Origin: Actinomycetota bacterium
Lineage (GTDB): Bacteria; Actinomycetota; Humimicrobiia; Humimicrobiales; Humimicrobiaceae
Direction of reading: 5' to 3'
Assembly (NCBI GenBank): GCA_018400395.1
Contig: JAGYMN010000001.1
Span: 2,354-66,353, forward strand
DNA length: 64,000 nucleotides
Below the pieces are notes generated by a model. That model saw nothing but the letters and a program-made list of their open reading frames with translations, was not told where the DNA came from and did no database searches. This document shows, in pieces, positions 9,620 to 19,487 of this stretch. Numbering within the stretch: position 1 is the stretch's first letter; each line of letters begins with the position of its first letter. The translations under genes were made by a program, and so were the position numbers.

Positions 9620-12190
9620 TTATATAATTTCAAAAAGTTCCAGTATATCATTTTGCTCTATAGACTGATAATTAACAATTCTTATACCACACTCATATCC
9701 TGCAGCTACATTCTTTACATCTTCCTTGAATCTTTGAAGACTTTCTACTTTACCTTCATAAATAATCGAGCCGTTCCTGATTACACGTACCATATCGCCT
9801 CTCTCAACTGAACCTTCAGTAATGTAGCAGCCGGCTATTTTCCCAATTTTAGAAAACTTAAATATTTCTCTTACTTCAGCTTTTCCTTTTTCAACTATCT
9901 TTTTTTCTGGTTCCAGAAGACCCTCGAAGGCAAGTTTTATATCATCTATAAGTTTATATATTATTGCGTAGGTCCTTATATCCACTTTCTCCCTTAAGTT
10001 TAGAGAAGTTGCTGTAGCTGTTGGGACAACTCCAAAACCTACTATAATCGCACTGGAAGCACTTGCCAGAAGGATATCACTTTCTGTAATGGCACCTATG
10101 CCCTTGTGAATTATTTCTATTTTTATTTCATCCGTTTCAATTTTTTTAAGGGATTTATCTACTGCATCCAATGAACCTTCTGATTCTGCCTTGAGTATCA
10201 ATTTTAATTTTTTTAACTCACCCTGTTGTGACATCTCTGAAAGGTTTTCAAGTGTCAGTATCTTTCTGGAACTGCCCATCTTCATAACTTTTTTATCATA
10301 ATCTCTTTTTGAAAGAAGGTCTTTTCCTACTTTTTCATTTTTAACCACAAAAAGTTTATCCCCTGCCTTTGGAAGAGATGAAAATCCCGTCATTTCTACA
10401 GGACTTGAAAGTGAAGCTTCTTTTAAGTCTATGCCATTTTCATCTCTTATCGTCCTTATTCTGCCGTATGAGTCTCCTGTTACAAATGAGTCTCCTACTT
10501 TTATTTTGCCTCTCTTCACTATTAGGGAACCAATTGGACCCATTCCCTTATCAAGCCTGCTTTCAATTATTATCCCTGTTGCCACAGCATCCGGATTACC
10601 TTTCAGATCCTGCATATCTGCTACAAGAAGGATCATTTCCAATAAATCATCAATATTCTTGTTATTTTTTGCAGAGATCTCAACAACAATGGTATCACCG
10701 CCCCATTCTTCTGTAACCAGCCCGTGTTCGGTAAGCCCCTGTTTTATTCTTTTTGGATCTGAATCTGGCAGATCTATTTTATTTATCGCTACAATTATTG
10801 GAACATCTGCATCTTTTGCATGGTCTATCGCTTCAACAGTCTGCGGCATAATACCATCATCTGCTGCAATTACTATTACTGCTATATCTGTAACTCCTGT
10901 ACCTCTTGCCCTTATAGAAGTGAAAGCTTCATGACCGGGTGTGTCTATGAATGTAATCTTTCTCTTATTATATTCTATCTGATATGCACCAATATGCTGT
11001 GTTATTCCACCGGCTTCACTACTGGCAACTTTAGTTTTCCTTATTGAATCAAGAAGTGTGGTTTTACCATGATCAACATGACCCATTACCGTAACAATAG
11101 GAGCCCTTTTTACCAGTTCTTCCTCGGAATCCTTATAAACTTCCTCCATCTTTTCTTCAAATCCAATTATTCTGTATTTAAAACTATATTCATTTGACAG
11201 AAATTCTAGCAGATCTTTACTCGGTGACTGATTTATTGTAAGTACTTCACCCATTTTAAAAAGTAAGCTTATTATTTCACTTGAAGGTATGTTTACCTTT
11301 TCAGAAAGCTGTTTTATTGTGATACCTTCGTGTACTTCTATGATCTTCTTTATTTCAGGTCTTTTTTTCCTAATTTTTTCAGGTTCCTTTGCCTTGCTCT
11401 GTCCAGAAGGTTTGCTTTCCTTTCCAACTTTAGTGCGCTTTTTCTGCAGGAATTTTGCCTTTAGTCTCCCGCTCTTCTCCTCTTTGTCAAGTTCTTTATC
11501 AAGTACGCTTCTTATACTTTTCTTTTTTTCTTCTTCCCAAACTACTCTTTTATTAGAAACCTTTTTTGTGCTAATAAATTTATCTTCTTCCAGGTCTATT
11601 GAATCTTCTATGCTCTCCCTTATTGCATCCTCTTCTTTAAGAGATTTCTTCCTGTCCCGCACTGCCCTTGCAGCATGTTTCCTTTCAGATTTATCTTCCT
11701 TCTTCTCTTCTTCTTCTTCGATTTTTTTAGCCTCTTCGAGAGCTTTCTTCTCTTCTTCTTTCTTTTTTGCTTCTTCTTCGGCCTTCTTTTTTGCTTCTTC
11801 TTCGGCCTTCTTTTCTGCTTCTTCTTTTCTTTTAGCTTCCTCTTCTGCTTTTCTTGATTCTTCAGCTTTCTTTTTTACTTCCTCTGCTGCCTTTCTTTTT
11901 GCAGCTTCCTTTTCTTTTTTATCCTGCTGTCTTTTTTTCTTCTCGGCTTCTATTGCTTTTTTCTTTTCTTCCTTAGCTCTCTCTTTTTCCCTTGATTTTT
12001 TCTCCAGGGCTTCCTTTTCTTTTCTCTTTGCCTCTTTTTTAATAGCAATATCAATTTTTTTAACCTGTGAATCGTTAAGTACCGACATCTCTCCTTTTAT
12101 GGCAATGCCAAGGCTATCACAGATATAAAAAATATCATTTATATCTAATTTTTTTTCTTTTGCTAAATCAATAACCTTAATATCTATCAC
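9620..12190 (-). CDS. infB: Translation initiation factor IF-2
   Basis: 856 aa; GHVDHGKTTLLD G-domain, K/E-rich low-complexity N-terminal region, conserved C-terminal beta-barrels. Confidence 0.95.
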   Translation of the reverse strand: MIDIKVIDLAKEKKLDINDIFYICDSLGIAIKGEMSVLNDSQVKKIDIAIKKEAKRKEKEALEKKSREKERAKEEKKKAIEAEKKKRQQDKKEKEAAKRKAAEEVKKKAEESRKAEEEAKRKEEAEKKAEEEAKKKAEEEAKKKEEEKKALEEAKKIEEEEEKKEDKSERKHAARAVRDRKKSLKEEDAIRESIEDSIDLEEDKFISTKKVSNKRVVWEEEKKKSIRSVLDKELDKEEKSGRLKAKFLQKKRTKVGKESKPSGQSKAKEPEKIRKKRPEIKKIIEVHEGITIKQLSEKVNIPSSEIISLLFKMGEVLTINQSPSKDLLEFLSNEYSFKYRIIGFEEKMEEVYKDSEEELVKRAPIVTVMGHVDHGKTTLLDSIRKTKVASSEAGGITQHIGAYQIEYNKRKITFIDTPGHEAFTSIRARGTGVTDIAVIVIAADDGIMPQTVEAIDHAKDADVPIIVAINKIDLPDSDPKRIKQGLTEHGLVTEEWGGDTIVVEISAKNNKNIDDLLEMILLVADMQDLKGNPDAVATGIIIESRLDKGMGPIGSLIVKRGKIKVGDSFVTGDSYGRIRTIRDENGIDLKEASLSSPVEMTGFSSLPKAGDKLFVVKNEKVGKDLLSKRDYDKKVMKMGSSRKILTLENLSEMSQQGELKKLKLILKAESEGSLDAVDKSLKKIETDEIKIEIIHKGIGAITESDILLASASSAIIVGFGVVPTATATSLNLREKVDIRTYAIIYKLIDDIKLAFEGLLEPEKKIVEKGKAEVREIFKFSKIGKIAGCYITEGSVERGDMVRVIRNGSIIYEGKVESLQRFKEDVKNVAAGYECGIRIVNYQSIEQNDILELFEII
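11761..11832 (-). repeat. In-frame 24-nt tandem repeat (~3 copies, tcttttttgcttcttcttcggcct on + strand) encoding AEEEAKKK units in the IF-2 N-terminal linker
   Basis: Directly visible: unit at 11761-11784 repeated exactly at 11785-11808 and imperfectly at 11809-11832; protein shows KKAEEEAKKKAEEEAKKKEEE. Confidence 0.8.
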
Positions 12191-12221
12191 TCCTATCTAA
12201 AGATAATAAGTAATACATGTT

Positions 12222-13283
12222 CTAGGACCCTTCTTCTGTTTCTTCAGACTTACCCATTATTCTTTCCTCTCTTGCCTCAGCAAGCTCTTCTTCAAACTGT
12301 TTTTCACTCTTTATGTCTATCTTCCAGCCTGTAAGCCTGGCAGCAAGTCTGGCGTTCTGGCCTTCCCTTCCAATGGCAAGAGAAAGCTGATCATCTGAAA
12401 CCACTATAAGGGAAAATTTATTATCTTCATCTATAAGTACTTTATTCACCCTTGCAGGACTAAGCGAGTTTTTTATATATGCAACTACATCCTGGCTGTA
12501 ATCTACTATATCTATTTTTTCCCCATTAAGCTCATTTACTATCATCTTCACCCTCGAACCTTTCGGCCCCACGCATGCACCTACCGGATCCACATTTTTT
12601 TCGTTAGACCTTACTGCTATTTTCGTTCTGTAACCAGCTTCCCTGGCAATACTCATTATCTCCACAACACCTTCATATATTTCAGGTACTTCAAGCTCGA
12701 ACAACTTTCTTATAAGACCGGTATGTGTCCGTGACACTATTACCTGGGGCCCTTTGGTTGTCTTTCTCACATCAGAGATATAACACTTTATCCGGTCACC
12801 ATGTCTGTATCTTTCTCCGGGTGCCTGTTCATACGGAGGTAAAAGTGCTTCCACTTTTCCAAGATCTACCAGCGTAAAACGTGAATCGCTCTGCTGTATT
12901 ATTCCTGTTACGAGATCGCCCACTCTGTCTTTAAATTCGTCATACATTATCTCTCTCTCAGCTTCTTTGATCCTCTGCTTTATGACCTGCTTTGCAGTCT
13001 GTGCAGCTATTCTCCCAAAGTTGTCGGGTGTAACCTCTATTTCATTATTTTCACTTTCATCTTCGCCTTCATTTTCAATTATTTTAAATACCCTTATATT
13101 ACCGCTTTTATTATCTATATCTATTCTGCAATCATATTCTACCTGGTAGTTTCTTTTGTAGGCTGAAGCAAGCGCTACTTTAAGCGCTTCTATAATGGTA
13201 TCCATTTTTATACCTTTTTCTTTTTCAAGCTCAGCCAGAGCTGATATTAGTTCCTTATTCACTGAAACCACCTGTAAATTCAA
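12222..13283 (-). CDS. nusA: Transcription termination/antitermination factor NusA (short form, no AR repeats)
   Basis: 353 aa; S1 and KH domains, TTG start with AAGGA SD; followed by infB. Confidence 0.9.
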   Translation of the reverse strand: MNLQVVSVNKELISALAELEKEKGIKMDTIIEALKVALASAYKRNYQVEYDCRIDIDNKSGNIRVFKIIENEGEDESENNEIEVTPDNFGRIAAQTAKQVIKQRIKEAEREIMYDEFKDRVGDLVTGIIQQSDSRFTLVDLGKVEALLPPYEQAPGERYRHGDRIKCYISDVRKTTKGPQVIVSRTHTGLIRKLFELEVPEIYEGVVEIMSIAREAGYRTKIAVRSNEKNVDPVGACVGPKGSRVKMIVNELNGEKIDIVDYSQDVVAYIKNSLSPARVNKVLIDEDNKFSLIVVSDDQLSLAIGREGQNARLAARLTGWKIDIKSEKQFEEELAEAREERIMGKSEETEEGS

Positions 13284-13297
13284 ATTTGTCCTTAATC

Positions 13298-13330
13298 AAA
13301 AAAATAGTGGGTTGCTCCCACTATTTTTTT
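13298..13330 (-). terminator. Intrinsic-terminator-like hairpin in nusA leader (A7-TAGTGGGA-gcaa-CCCACTA-T7 on minus strand); candidate attenuator
   Basis: Perfect 8-bp stem with 4-nt loop followed by U7 on the coding (minus) strand, 15 nt upstream of the nusA start and downstream of the promoter-like element; also flanked by A-run (bidirectional geometry). Confidence 0.6.
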
Positions 13331-13353
13331 CAACCTTTTAAAATTTCGTTAAA

Positions 13354-13383
13354 AGTATAGCACAAAAAAAGTAAAAGTTGCAA
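13354..13383 (-). promoter_or_regulatory. Sigma-70-like promoter for nusA-infB operon: -35 TTGCAA (13383..13378), 18-nt spacer, -10 TATACT (13359..13354)
   Basis: Minus-strand sequence TTGCAActtttactttttttgtgcTATACT between recD2-like stop and nusA. Confidence 0.5.
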
Positions 13384-13439
13384 ACATTATTTCGAATTTA
13401 GCCGAACAGGTTAACAGACAGGCGGACGGGACTTCATTA

Positions 13440-15611
13440 TTAAAGATTTTGAAGCATTTCTCTGAGGCCTGTGAATCTTTTTTCTACAACATTTTTATTA
13501 ACCGCCATTCCAATAGCTTTCTTGCTCCCTATTAAAATTGCCAGTTCCCTGGCTCTTGTCAATGCCGTATAAAGAAGATTCCTCTGGAGAAGCATGTAGT
13601 GCGATGTAAGCAGGGGAATAATTACACATCTAAACTCTGAACCCTGGGATTTATGTATAGATATTGCATATGAATGATTAATTTCATCTATTTCATAAAA
13701 ACTGTATTTTATTATCCTTCCATCAAAATTTATGTGCAATTCATTTATTTCATTATCAATTTTATGAATTATTCCTATATCACCGTTATATATTTCTTTT
13801 TCATAATTATTCTTCAGCTGGATGACCCTGTCTCCTGTCCTGAATACCCTGTTTCCATAATATAATCCACCCTCCCCGGGATTAATTGCATCCTGTATTC
13901 TTAAATTCAGGTTTATAACCCCGCATATTCCCTTATTCGTAGGTACAAGTACCTGGACATCTCTTAGAGGATCCATATGTAACCTCGAAGGTATTTTATC
14001 TGTTAAAAGATTGATAATAAGATCAACTGTTTTTTCCGGATCATTTTTTTCTATAAAGTAAAAATCCCCGGCTTCAGAATTTTTTATATAAGGGAATTCC
14101 CCATCCCTTACCCTGTGTGCATTTCTTATAATCTGGCTGCCGCCTTCCTGACGGTATATCCTTTTAAGCTCTGCAACAGGTATTACACCAGAGCGGATCA
14201 GGTCCCCAAGAACATATCCTGGACCAACTGGAGGCAGCTGGTCTATATCTCCCACAAATATGAGATTAGTATTTTCTTTAAAGGCAGACAGGAGATTTTT
14301 TGTAAGTCTTATGTCCAGCATTGAAGCTTCATCTATTATTACGGTGTCCGCTTCAATGGGATTTTTATCATTTTTCAAGAATTTATTCAGTTTAGGATTA
14401 AAATTTAGAAGCCTGTGTATAGTCTTTGATTCCCTTCCTGTTGTTTCAGTCATTCTTTTTGAGGCTCTTCCCGTAGGTGCCGCCATTAGTACTTTTTTAT
14501 TTTCACTTTCAAGAATTTTTATAATAAAATTTAGTATTGTACTTTTTCCTGTTCCCGGACTTCCAGTTATTATTATTATTTTTTCCATAAGGGCATTTAT
14601 TATGGATTCAACCTGTATGTCATCAAGTTCTATATTCTTTAATTTAGCAAGTTCCATTATTATTTTTCTGTAAGAAGATTTATCTCTTTTTGCCTTCCCA
14701 TCACTAAATTTACTATTTATAATTTCCTGTATTTTTTCCCCTACATACTTTTCAGCGATATAAAGGCCTTTCAGATAGACCCTTCTTATATCACCGTCAT
14801 CCATAATAATTATTTTTTCTTCTCTCCCAAGCTCGTCAATAGCATTATTTAATAGCGGTAGCCCCACTCCAAGGAAATCAAGAGAGCTGTCTATTATACT
14901 TTCATATGGAAGGTAGCAGTGCCCTCCATCCTCTGCTCTGCGAAGTATATATATTATTCCGGACTTTACCCTGAAAATCGAATCTCTGGGTATTCCGGCT
15001 CTGCCGGCAATATCATCTGCAATTTTAAAACCTATTCCAAATATATCCTCTGCAAGGCGGTACGGGTTTACCTTAATAACATTCTCAGCATTTTCACCAT
15101 AAGTATTATATATTTTCATAGCATATGTATTTGATATGCCGTAAGATTGCAGGGTCATCATTACATTTCTTGTATTTCTATGTTTCTGCCATGACTGCAT
15201 TATCTGTTTTATTCTTTTTTCCCCTATTCCTTCTATACATGAAAGGCTCTCGGGGTCATTGTCGAGAACATTGATTGTATTTTTTCCAAAATAATCAACT
15301 ATTCTTGAGGCCATGGCCGGCCCTATTCCTTTAATCACTCCAGAGCCGAGGTAATCCTCAATTCCCTTTTCCGTAACAGGAATACTTGCACTTACCGATG
15401 ATACCTCAAATTGTTTTCCATAGGTCCTGTTTACTGTCCATTTTCCCTTTACTTCGAGTTCTTCACCGCACTGGAGCTCAAATACATTACCAACTATAGT
15501 CACATATGTGTTATCTGTCATCCTGAGTTTACCAACCATATAACCACTTTCAGGATTTTTAAACACTATCTTTTCAAGTATCCCATTTATTGTTGATTGA
15601 CGGTTTTCCAT
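13440..15611 (-). CDS. recD2: ATP-dependent RecD-like DNA helicase (RecD2/SF1 family)
   Basis: 723 aa; N-terminal OB/HhH region, Walker A GSPGTGKST, SF1 helicase motifs, C-terminal SH3-like. Confidence 0.85.
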   Translation of the reverse strand: MENRQSTINGILEKIVFKNPESGYMVGKLRMTDNTYVTIVGNVFELQCGEELEVKGKWTVNRTYGKQFEVSSVSASIPVTEKGIEDYLGSGVIKGIGPAMASRIVDYFGKNTINVLDNDPESLSCIEGIGEKRIKQIMQSWQKHRNTRNVMMTLQSYGISNTYAMKIYNTYGENAENVIKVNPYRLAEDIFGIGFKIADDIAGRAGIPRDSIFRVKSGIIYILRRAEDGGHCYLPYESIIDSSLDFLGVGLPLLNNAIDELGREEKIIIMDDGDIRRVYLKGLYIAEKYVGEKIQEIINSKFSDGKAKRDKSSYRKIIMELAKLKNIELDDIQVESIINALMEKIIIITGSPGTGKSTILNFIIKILESENKKVLMAAPTGRASKRMTETTGRESKTIHRLLNFNPKLNKFLKNDKNPIEADTVIIDEASMLDIRLTKNLLSAFKENTNLIFVGDIDQLPPVGPGYVLGDLIRSGVIPVAELKRIYRQEGGSQIIRNAHRVRDGEFPYIKNSEAGDFYFIEKNDPEKTVDLIINLLTDKIPSRLHMDPLRDVQVLVPTNKGICGVINLNLRIQDAINPGEGGLYYGNRVFRTGDRVIQLKNNYEKEIYNGDIGIIHKIDNEINELHINFDGRIIKYSFYEIDEINHSYAISIHKSQGSEFRCVIIPLLTSHYMLLQRNLLYTALTRARELAILIGSKKAIGMAVNKNVVEKRFTGLREMLQNL

Positions 15612-15618
15612 CTGTATA

Positions 15619-17331
15619 TTATTTTTTTATATCGCTTGATATAAAATCTTTTACAAATTTGACTATATCTTTTGGATTTATTTCAAATTGCTTTCCATTT
15701 TTACGCAGCTGTACCTCGATCAACCCTTCATCAAGGTACTTTCTTCCCAGTACAATTTTTAACGGTAGACCAAGCAGATCTGAATCTTTAAATTTTATAC
15801 CGGCACTTACTTCTCTGTCATCGTATAGAACTTCTATTCCGCTGTCTAAAAGTTTTTCATATATTTCTTCTCCGGCACCCACAAGCTGCTCTTCCTTTAA
15901 ACTGGTTATTAAAAGATTAACTGTATAGGGGGCTATTGCGGTAGGCCATATTATACCTTTATCGTCATGCATCTGTTCTATAACCGCAGATAATATTCTG
16001 GTTATCCCCATTCCGTAACAGCCCATTACAAAAGGTTTCAACCTCCCATCCCTTCCGAGGAATCTCGCTTCCATTTTTTCGCTATATTTCTTTCCCAGTT
16101 TGAATATATGACCTATTTCTATTCCCTTGTCGATTTTCAGTTTCGAACCGCATCTTTCACATATATCTCCTTCTACAGGGTACGAAAAATCTCCATATGC
16201 TTTTATATTCACATCTCTTTGGATGTTTACATTTCTAAGATGAAAGTCTTTTTTGTTTGCACCTGTTATAACGCCTTTAACCCCTTTTAGCATCCTGTCT
16301 GCATATATTTCAATTTCCGGATCAAGTCCTACCGGGCCAAGATAACCTATTGGATATCTTTCATCTGAATTTTCGTACAGCCTTAATTCTTTTCCAAGAA
16401 ATTTTTCGGCTTTCGAAATATTAAGCTGTCTGTCACCCATTAATATAAAGGCATATATTTTTTCCTTTTCATCAGTTAACAGTATTGTCTTGACAGTATA
16501 TTTTTTTTCTATCTTCAAAAAATCTGCAAGTCTATCTATATCAGTTATTCCGGGAGTGCTGACCTTTTCTATTTCTCCAGCATTTTTAAAAGTTTCTTCT
16601 TTTTCCATAAGTGGCCTGAACCCTGCCATTTCTATATTTGCAGAGTATCCACATTCAGGACAATATATAATGGTCTCCTCTCCGTCTCCTGCAAGTACCA
16701 TAAATTCATGGGAGGATTTCCCGCCTATTATTCCCGTATCCGCTTCAACGGTCTTATACTTGAGACCCATTCTTTCCATTATCCTTGTATAAGCAGAATG
16801 CATTTTATTATATATTTCATCCAGATCACTGTCATTCTCACAGAAGCTATATGCATCCTTCATTATAAATTCCCTTGCCCTTAAAAGGCCGTATCTCGGC
16901 CTGATCTCATCTCTGAACTTTACCTGGATCTGGTAAAGATTAAGCGGCAGGTCCCTGTAGGATTTTATATCCAGGTATGCAAGATAGGTCATTATTTCTT
17001 CGTGTGTCGGACCGAGGCAGAAAGAACGCCCGTTCCTGTCTTTCAGCCTGAATAGTTCTGGCCCATATTCACCCCAGCGTCCCGATTTTTCCCAGAGGTC
17101 TGAAGGCTGAAGTACTGGCAAAAATAGTTCCAGCGCACCTGTCCTGTCCATTTCTTCCCTTATAATATTTTCAATCTTCTGAATAACCCTCTTGCCAGCA
17201 GGAAGAAAAGCATATATACCAGATGCTATTTTCCTTATTAATCCTGCCCTGACGGTAAGCGCGTGGCTGGATATCTCTGCTTCTCTTGGTTCTTCTTTTA
17301 AAGTTGGTATAAATCCCTGTGAATATCTCAA
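15619..17331 (-). CDS. proS: Proline--tRNA ligase (bacterial type with editing domain)
   Basis: 570 aa; class II aaRS motifs, ProRS N-terminus MRYSQ…TLKE.P…AE..SH.L..RAG. Confidence 0.95.
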   Translation of the reverse strand: MRYSQGFIPTLKEEPREAEISSHALTVRAGLIRKIASGIYAFLPAGKRVIQKIENIIREEMDRTGALELFLPVLQPSDLWEKSGRWGEYGPELFRLKDRNGRSFCLGPTHEEIMTYLAYLDIKSYRDLPLNLYQIQVKFRDEIRPRYGLLRAREFIMKDAYSFCENDSDLDEIYNKMHSAYTRIMERMGLKYKTVEADTGIIGGKSSHEFMVLAGDGEETIIYCPECGYSANIEMAGFRPLMEKEETFKNAGEIEKVSTPGITDIDRLADFLKIEKKYTVKTILLTDEKEKIYAFILMGDRQLNISKAEKFLGKELRLYENSDERYPIGYLGPVGLDPEIEIYADRMLKGVKGVITGANKKDFHLRNVNIQRDVNIKAYGDFSYPVEGDICERCGSKLKIDKGIEIGHIFKLGKKYSEKMEARFLGRDGRLKPFVMGCYGMGITRILSAVIEQMHDDKGIIWPTAIAPYTVNLLITSLKEEQLVGAGEEIYEKLLDSGIEVLYDDREVSAGIKFKDSDLLGLPLKIVLGRKYLDEGLIEVQLRKNGKQFEINPKDIVKFVKDFISSDIKK

Positions 17332-17347
17332 TGCTTCTCCTTATATT

Positions 17348-18412
17348 CTATAATAGCTTTTCTAATTCATTCTTGAATTCTTTCAGCACATTATCCTTTT
17401 TTACTCTTTTTATTACCGATCCCTTTAGAAAAATTGCTGCCCTGTCTTTTCCAAAAGCAATCCCGAGATCTGCATCCTTAGCTTCACCCGGACCATTTAC
17501 TATGCACCCCATCACTGCCAGTTTCAATCCTTTCTTTATGTCACCCGTCATCTCCTCTATCTGTTTTACTATACTCTGAAGGTCCACAGTTGTTCTTCCG
17601 CATGTCGGACAGGAAACTATATTTACCCCTTTATTGCGCAGTCCCAGGCTGTCAAGTATAAGATAGCCTATCTTTACTTCTTCAGAGGATTTATCAGTAA
17701 GAGATACCCTGATTGTATCTCCTATGCCTTCTGCCAGCAGAATGCCAAGTCCAACAGATGATTTTACTGTGCCAGGTATCATTGGGCCTGCTTCTGTGAC
17801 ACCAATATGCAGCGGGTATCTACATTTTTCAGATATTGTTCTGTAAACACTTATAGTATCTATAACAGAAGAAGCCTTGGCAGAAATTTTAAAATTATAA
17901 AAATCAAGGTTTTCAAACAGTTTTATATTTTCAATGGTGCTTTCTATCATCGAATATTTTATATTACCATTATTCTTTCTCAGGATTTTCTTATCTACCG
18001 AACCGGAGTTTATTCCCAACCTGACAGCTATCCCATTTTTTTTTGCATAATCTATGACCTTAGCAGTTCTTTCGCGCCCGCCTATATTACCAGGATTTAT
18101 ACGAATACCGCTTACTCCTGCCTTTATACTGTCTATTGCCAGTGTACAGTCGAAATGAATATCTGCTACAACCGGCACTCTAAAAATTCCTGAATCAATA
18201 AGTTTTTTCAATTCTGAAACTGCAGATTTATCCGGTATTGCTATCCTTATTACTTCACAGCCACACTCAATTAATTCATTTATCTCTGCCCTTATTGCAA
18301 TGCTGTTTAGAATATTTGATTTTGTCATAGATTGTACTGAGATACGGTTACTGCCTCCTATTCCCAGGCTTCCCAGCTTTATCTCCCTGGTTTTTTTTCG
18401 GATAATCTTCAT
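17348..18412 (-). CDS. ispG: 4-hydroxy-3-methylbut-2-en-1-yl diphosphate synthase (GcpE)
   Basis: 354 aa; TIM-barrel N-domain and C-terminal 4Fe-4S cysteines VSCPTCGRT…C. Confidence 0.9.
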   Translation of the reverse strand: MKIIRKKTREIKLGSLGIGGSNRISVQSMTKSNILNSIAIRAEINELIECGCEVIRIAIPDKSAVSELKKLIDSGIFRVPVVADIHFDCTLAIDSIKAGVSGIRINPGNIGGRERTAKVIDYAKKNGIAVRLGINSGSVDKKILRKNNGNIKYSMIESTIENIKLFENLDFYNFKISAKASSVIDTISVYRTISEKCRYPLHIGVTEAGPMIPGTVKSSVGLGILLAEGIGDTIRVSLTDKSSEEVKIGYLILDSLGLRNKGVNIVSCPTCGRTTVDLQSIVKQIEEMTGDIKKGLKLAVMGCIVNGPGEAKDADLGIAFGKDRAAIFLKGSVIKRVKKDNVLKEFKNELEKLL

Positions 18413-18425
18413 AAAAATGTCCTTT

Positions 18426-19478
18426 TTACATTTTAGTCAGGTCAAACGGGCTGATAATATCGTATATAAAACCTACTAGGAGTAATGATACCATTAAAAA
18501 AACCCCAAAATAATTGGCCACTTCCAGTAATTTCCTGGGTACCGGTCTTTTTCTTATTGTCTCCACTACAAGAAGCACAATATTGCCTCCATCCAGAGGA
18601 AGTATGGGGATCAGGTTACCAAACCCTATCAAAATGGACACAAGAGCTATAAAAAGAATAAAATTCTGTATACCCATAGATATGGACTGCTGAAAGATGC
18701 TTACAACGCCAATTGGAGATACAGGTCTTGCCTGTTCAAATGGAATCTGACCCCTGAAAAGCATCCCAAATAATCTAACATATGTAACAATTATATCCCA
18801 CGTCATTCTAAAACTTTCCTTTATTACCCCGGTAAACCCTAATTTTTTCTCAATGTAACCAGGAGATATCCCAAGAAATCCTTTACCGTCCACTACATCC
18901 AGTAGAGCTTCGATCTTTATCTGTCTTCCTTCCCTTTCTACGGTATAGGTCACCTTCTCATTGGGTCTATTCTGGGTCTTTTCGGCAAATTCATCCCATG
19001 TATTTATTTCTTCACCATCTATAGCTATGACGGTATCGCCTATATTAAATCCATATTCCTCTGCAGGACTATCTTCCTGTATATAATCTATTGTAGTTGA
19101 TGGTTGGGTAACACCCATACTCAGAAATATCATAATAAGTATTATCGCGAATAATACGTTAAATCCGGCACCGCCAAATATTGCAAAAAACTTTTTATAG
19201 AAAGGCTTGCTCTGATAAGATTTCCCTTCCCTGCTTTCTGGTATTTCTTCGTTTCTATCCATCCCCAATATTTTTACATAACCGCCCACAGGTATGGCCC
19301 TCAGGCCATATTCAGTTCCAGATTTTGATTTAATTTTAAATATTGGCGGACCAAAGCCTATAAAAAATTCCTGCACATACATTCCTCCTGCTTTGGCAAA
19401 AACAAAATGGCCGAACTCGTGCACTATTATAATCAGTGAAAACCCTATAATTGCAATTATATATTGAAGTATAACCAT
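18426..19478 (-). CDS. rseP: RIP metalloprotease RseP (site-2 protease, M50 family)
   Basis: 350 aa; HEFGHF zinc motif in TM1, PDZ domain, LDGG motif. Confidence 0.9.
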   Translation of the reverse strand: MVILQYIIAIIGFSLIIIVHEFGHFVFAKAGGMYVQEFFIGFGPPIFKIKSKSGTEYGLRAIPVGGYVKILGMDRNEEIPESREGKSYQSKPFYKKFFAIFGGAGFNVLFAIILIMIFLSMGVTQPSTTIDYIQEDSPAEEYGFNIGDTVIAIDGEEINTWDEFAEKTQNRPNEKVTYTVEREGRQIKIEALLDVVDGKGFLGISPGYIEKKLGFTGVIKESFRMTWDIIVTYVRLFGMLFRGQIPFEQARPVSPIGVVSIFQQSISMGIQNFILFIALVSILIGFGNLIPILPLDGGNIVLLVVETIRKRPVPRKLLEVANYFGVFLMVSLLLVGFIYDIISPFDLTKM

Positions 19479-19487
19479 TTACAGATC

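Noticed and set aside
11289-12128. 279-aa plus-strand ORF (and 11675..11857) rich in S/F/L opposite infB
   Set aside because: It is the antisense of the K/E-rich repeat region of infB; low-complexity composition with no start context. Generic spurious antisense ORF.
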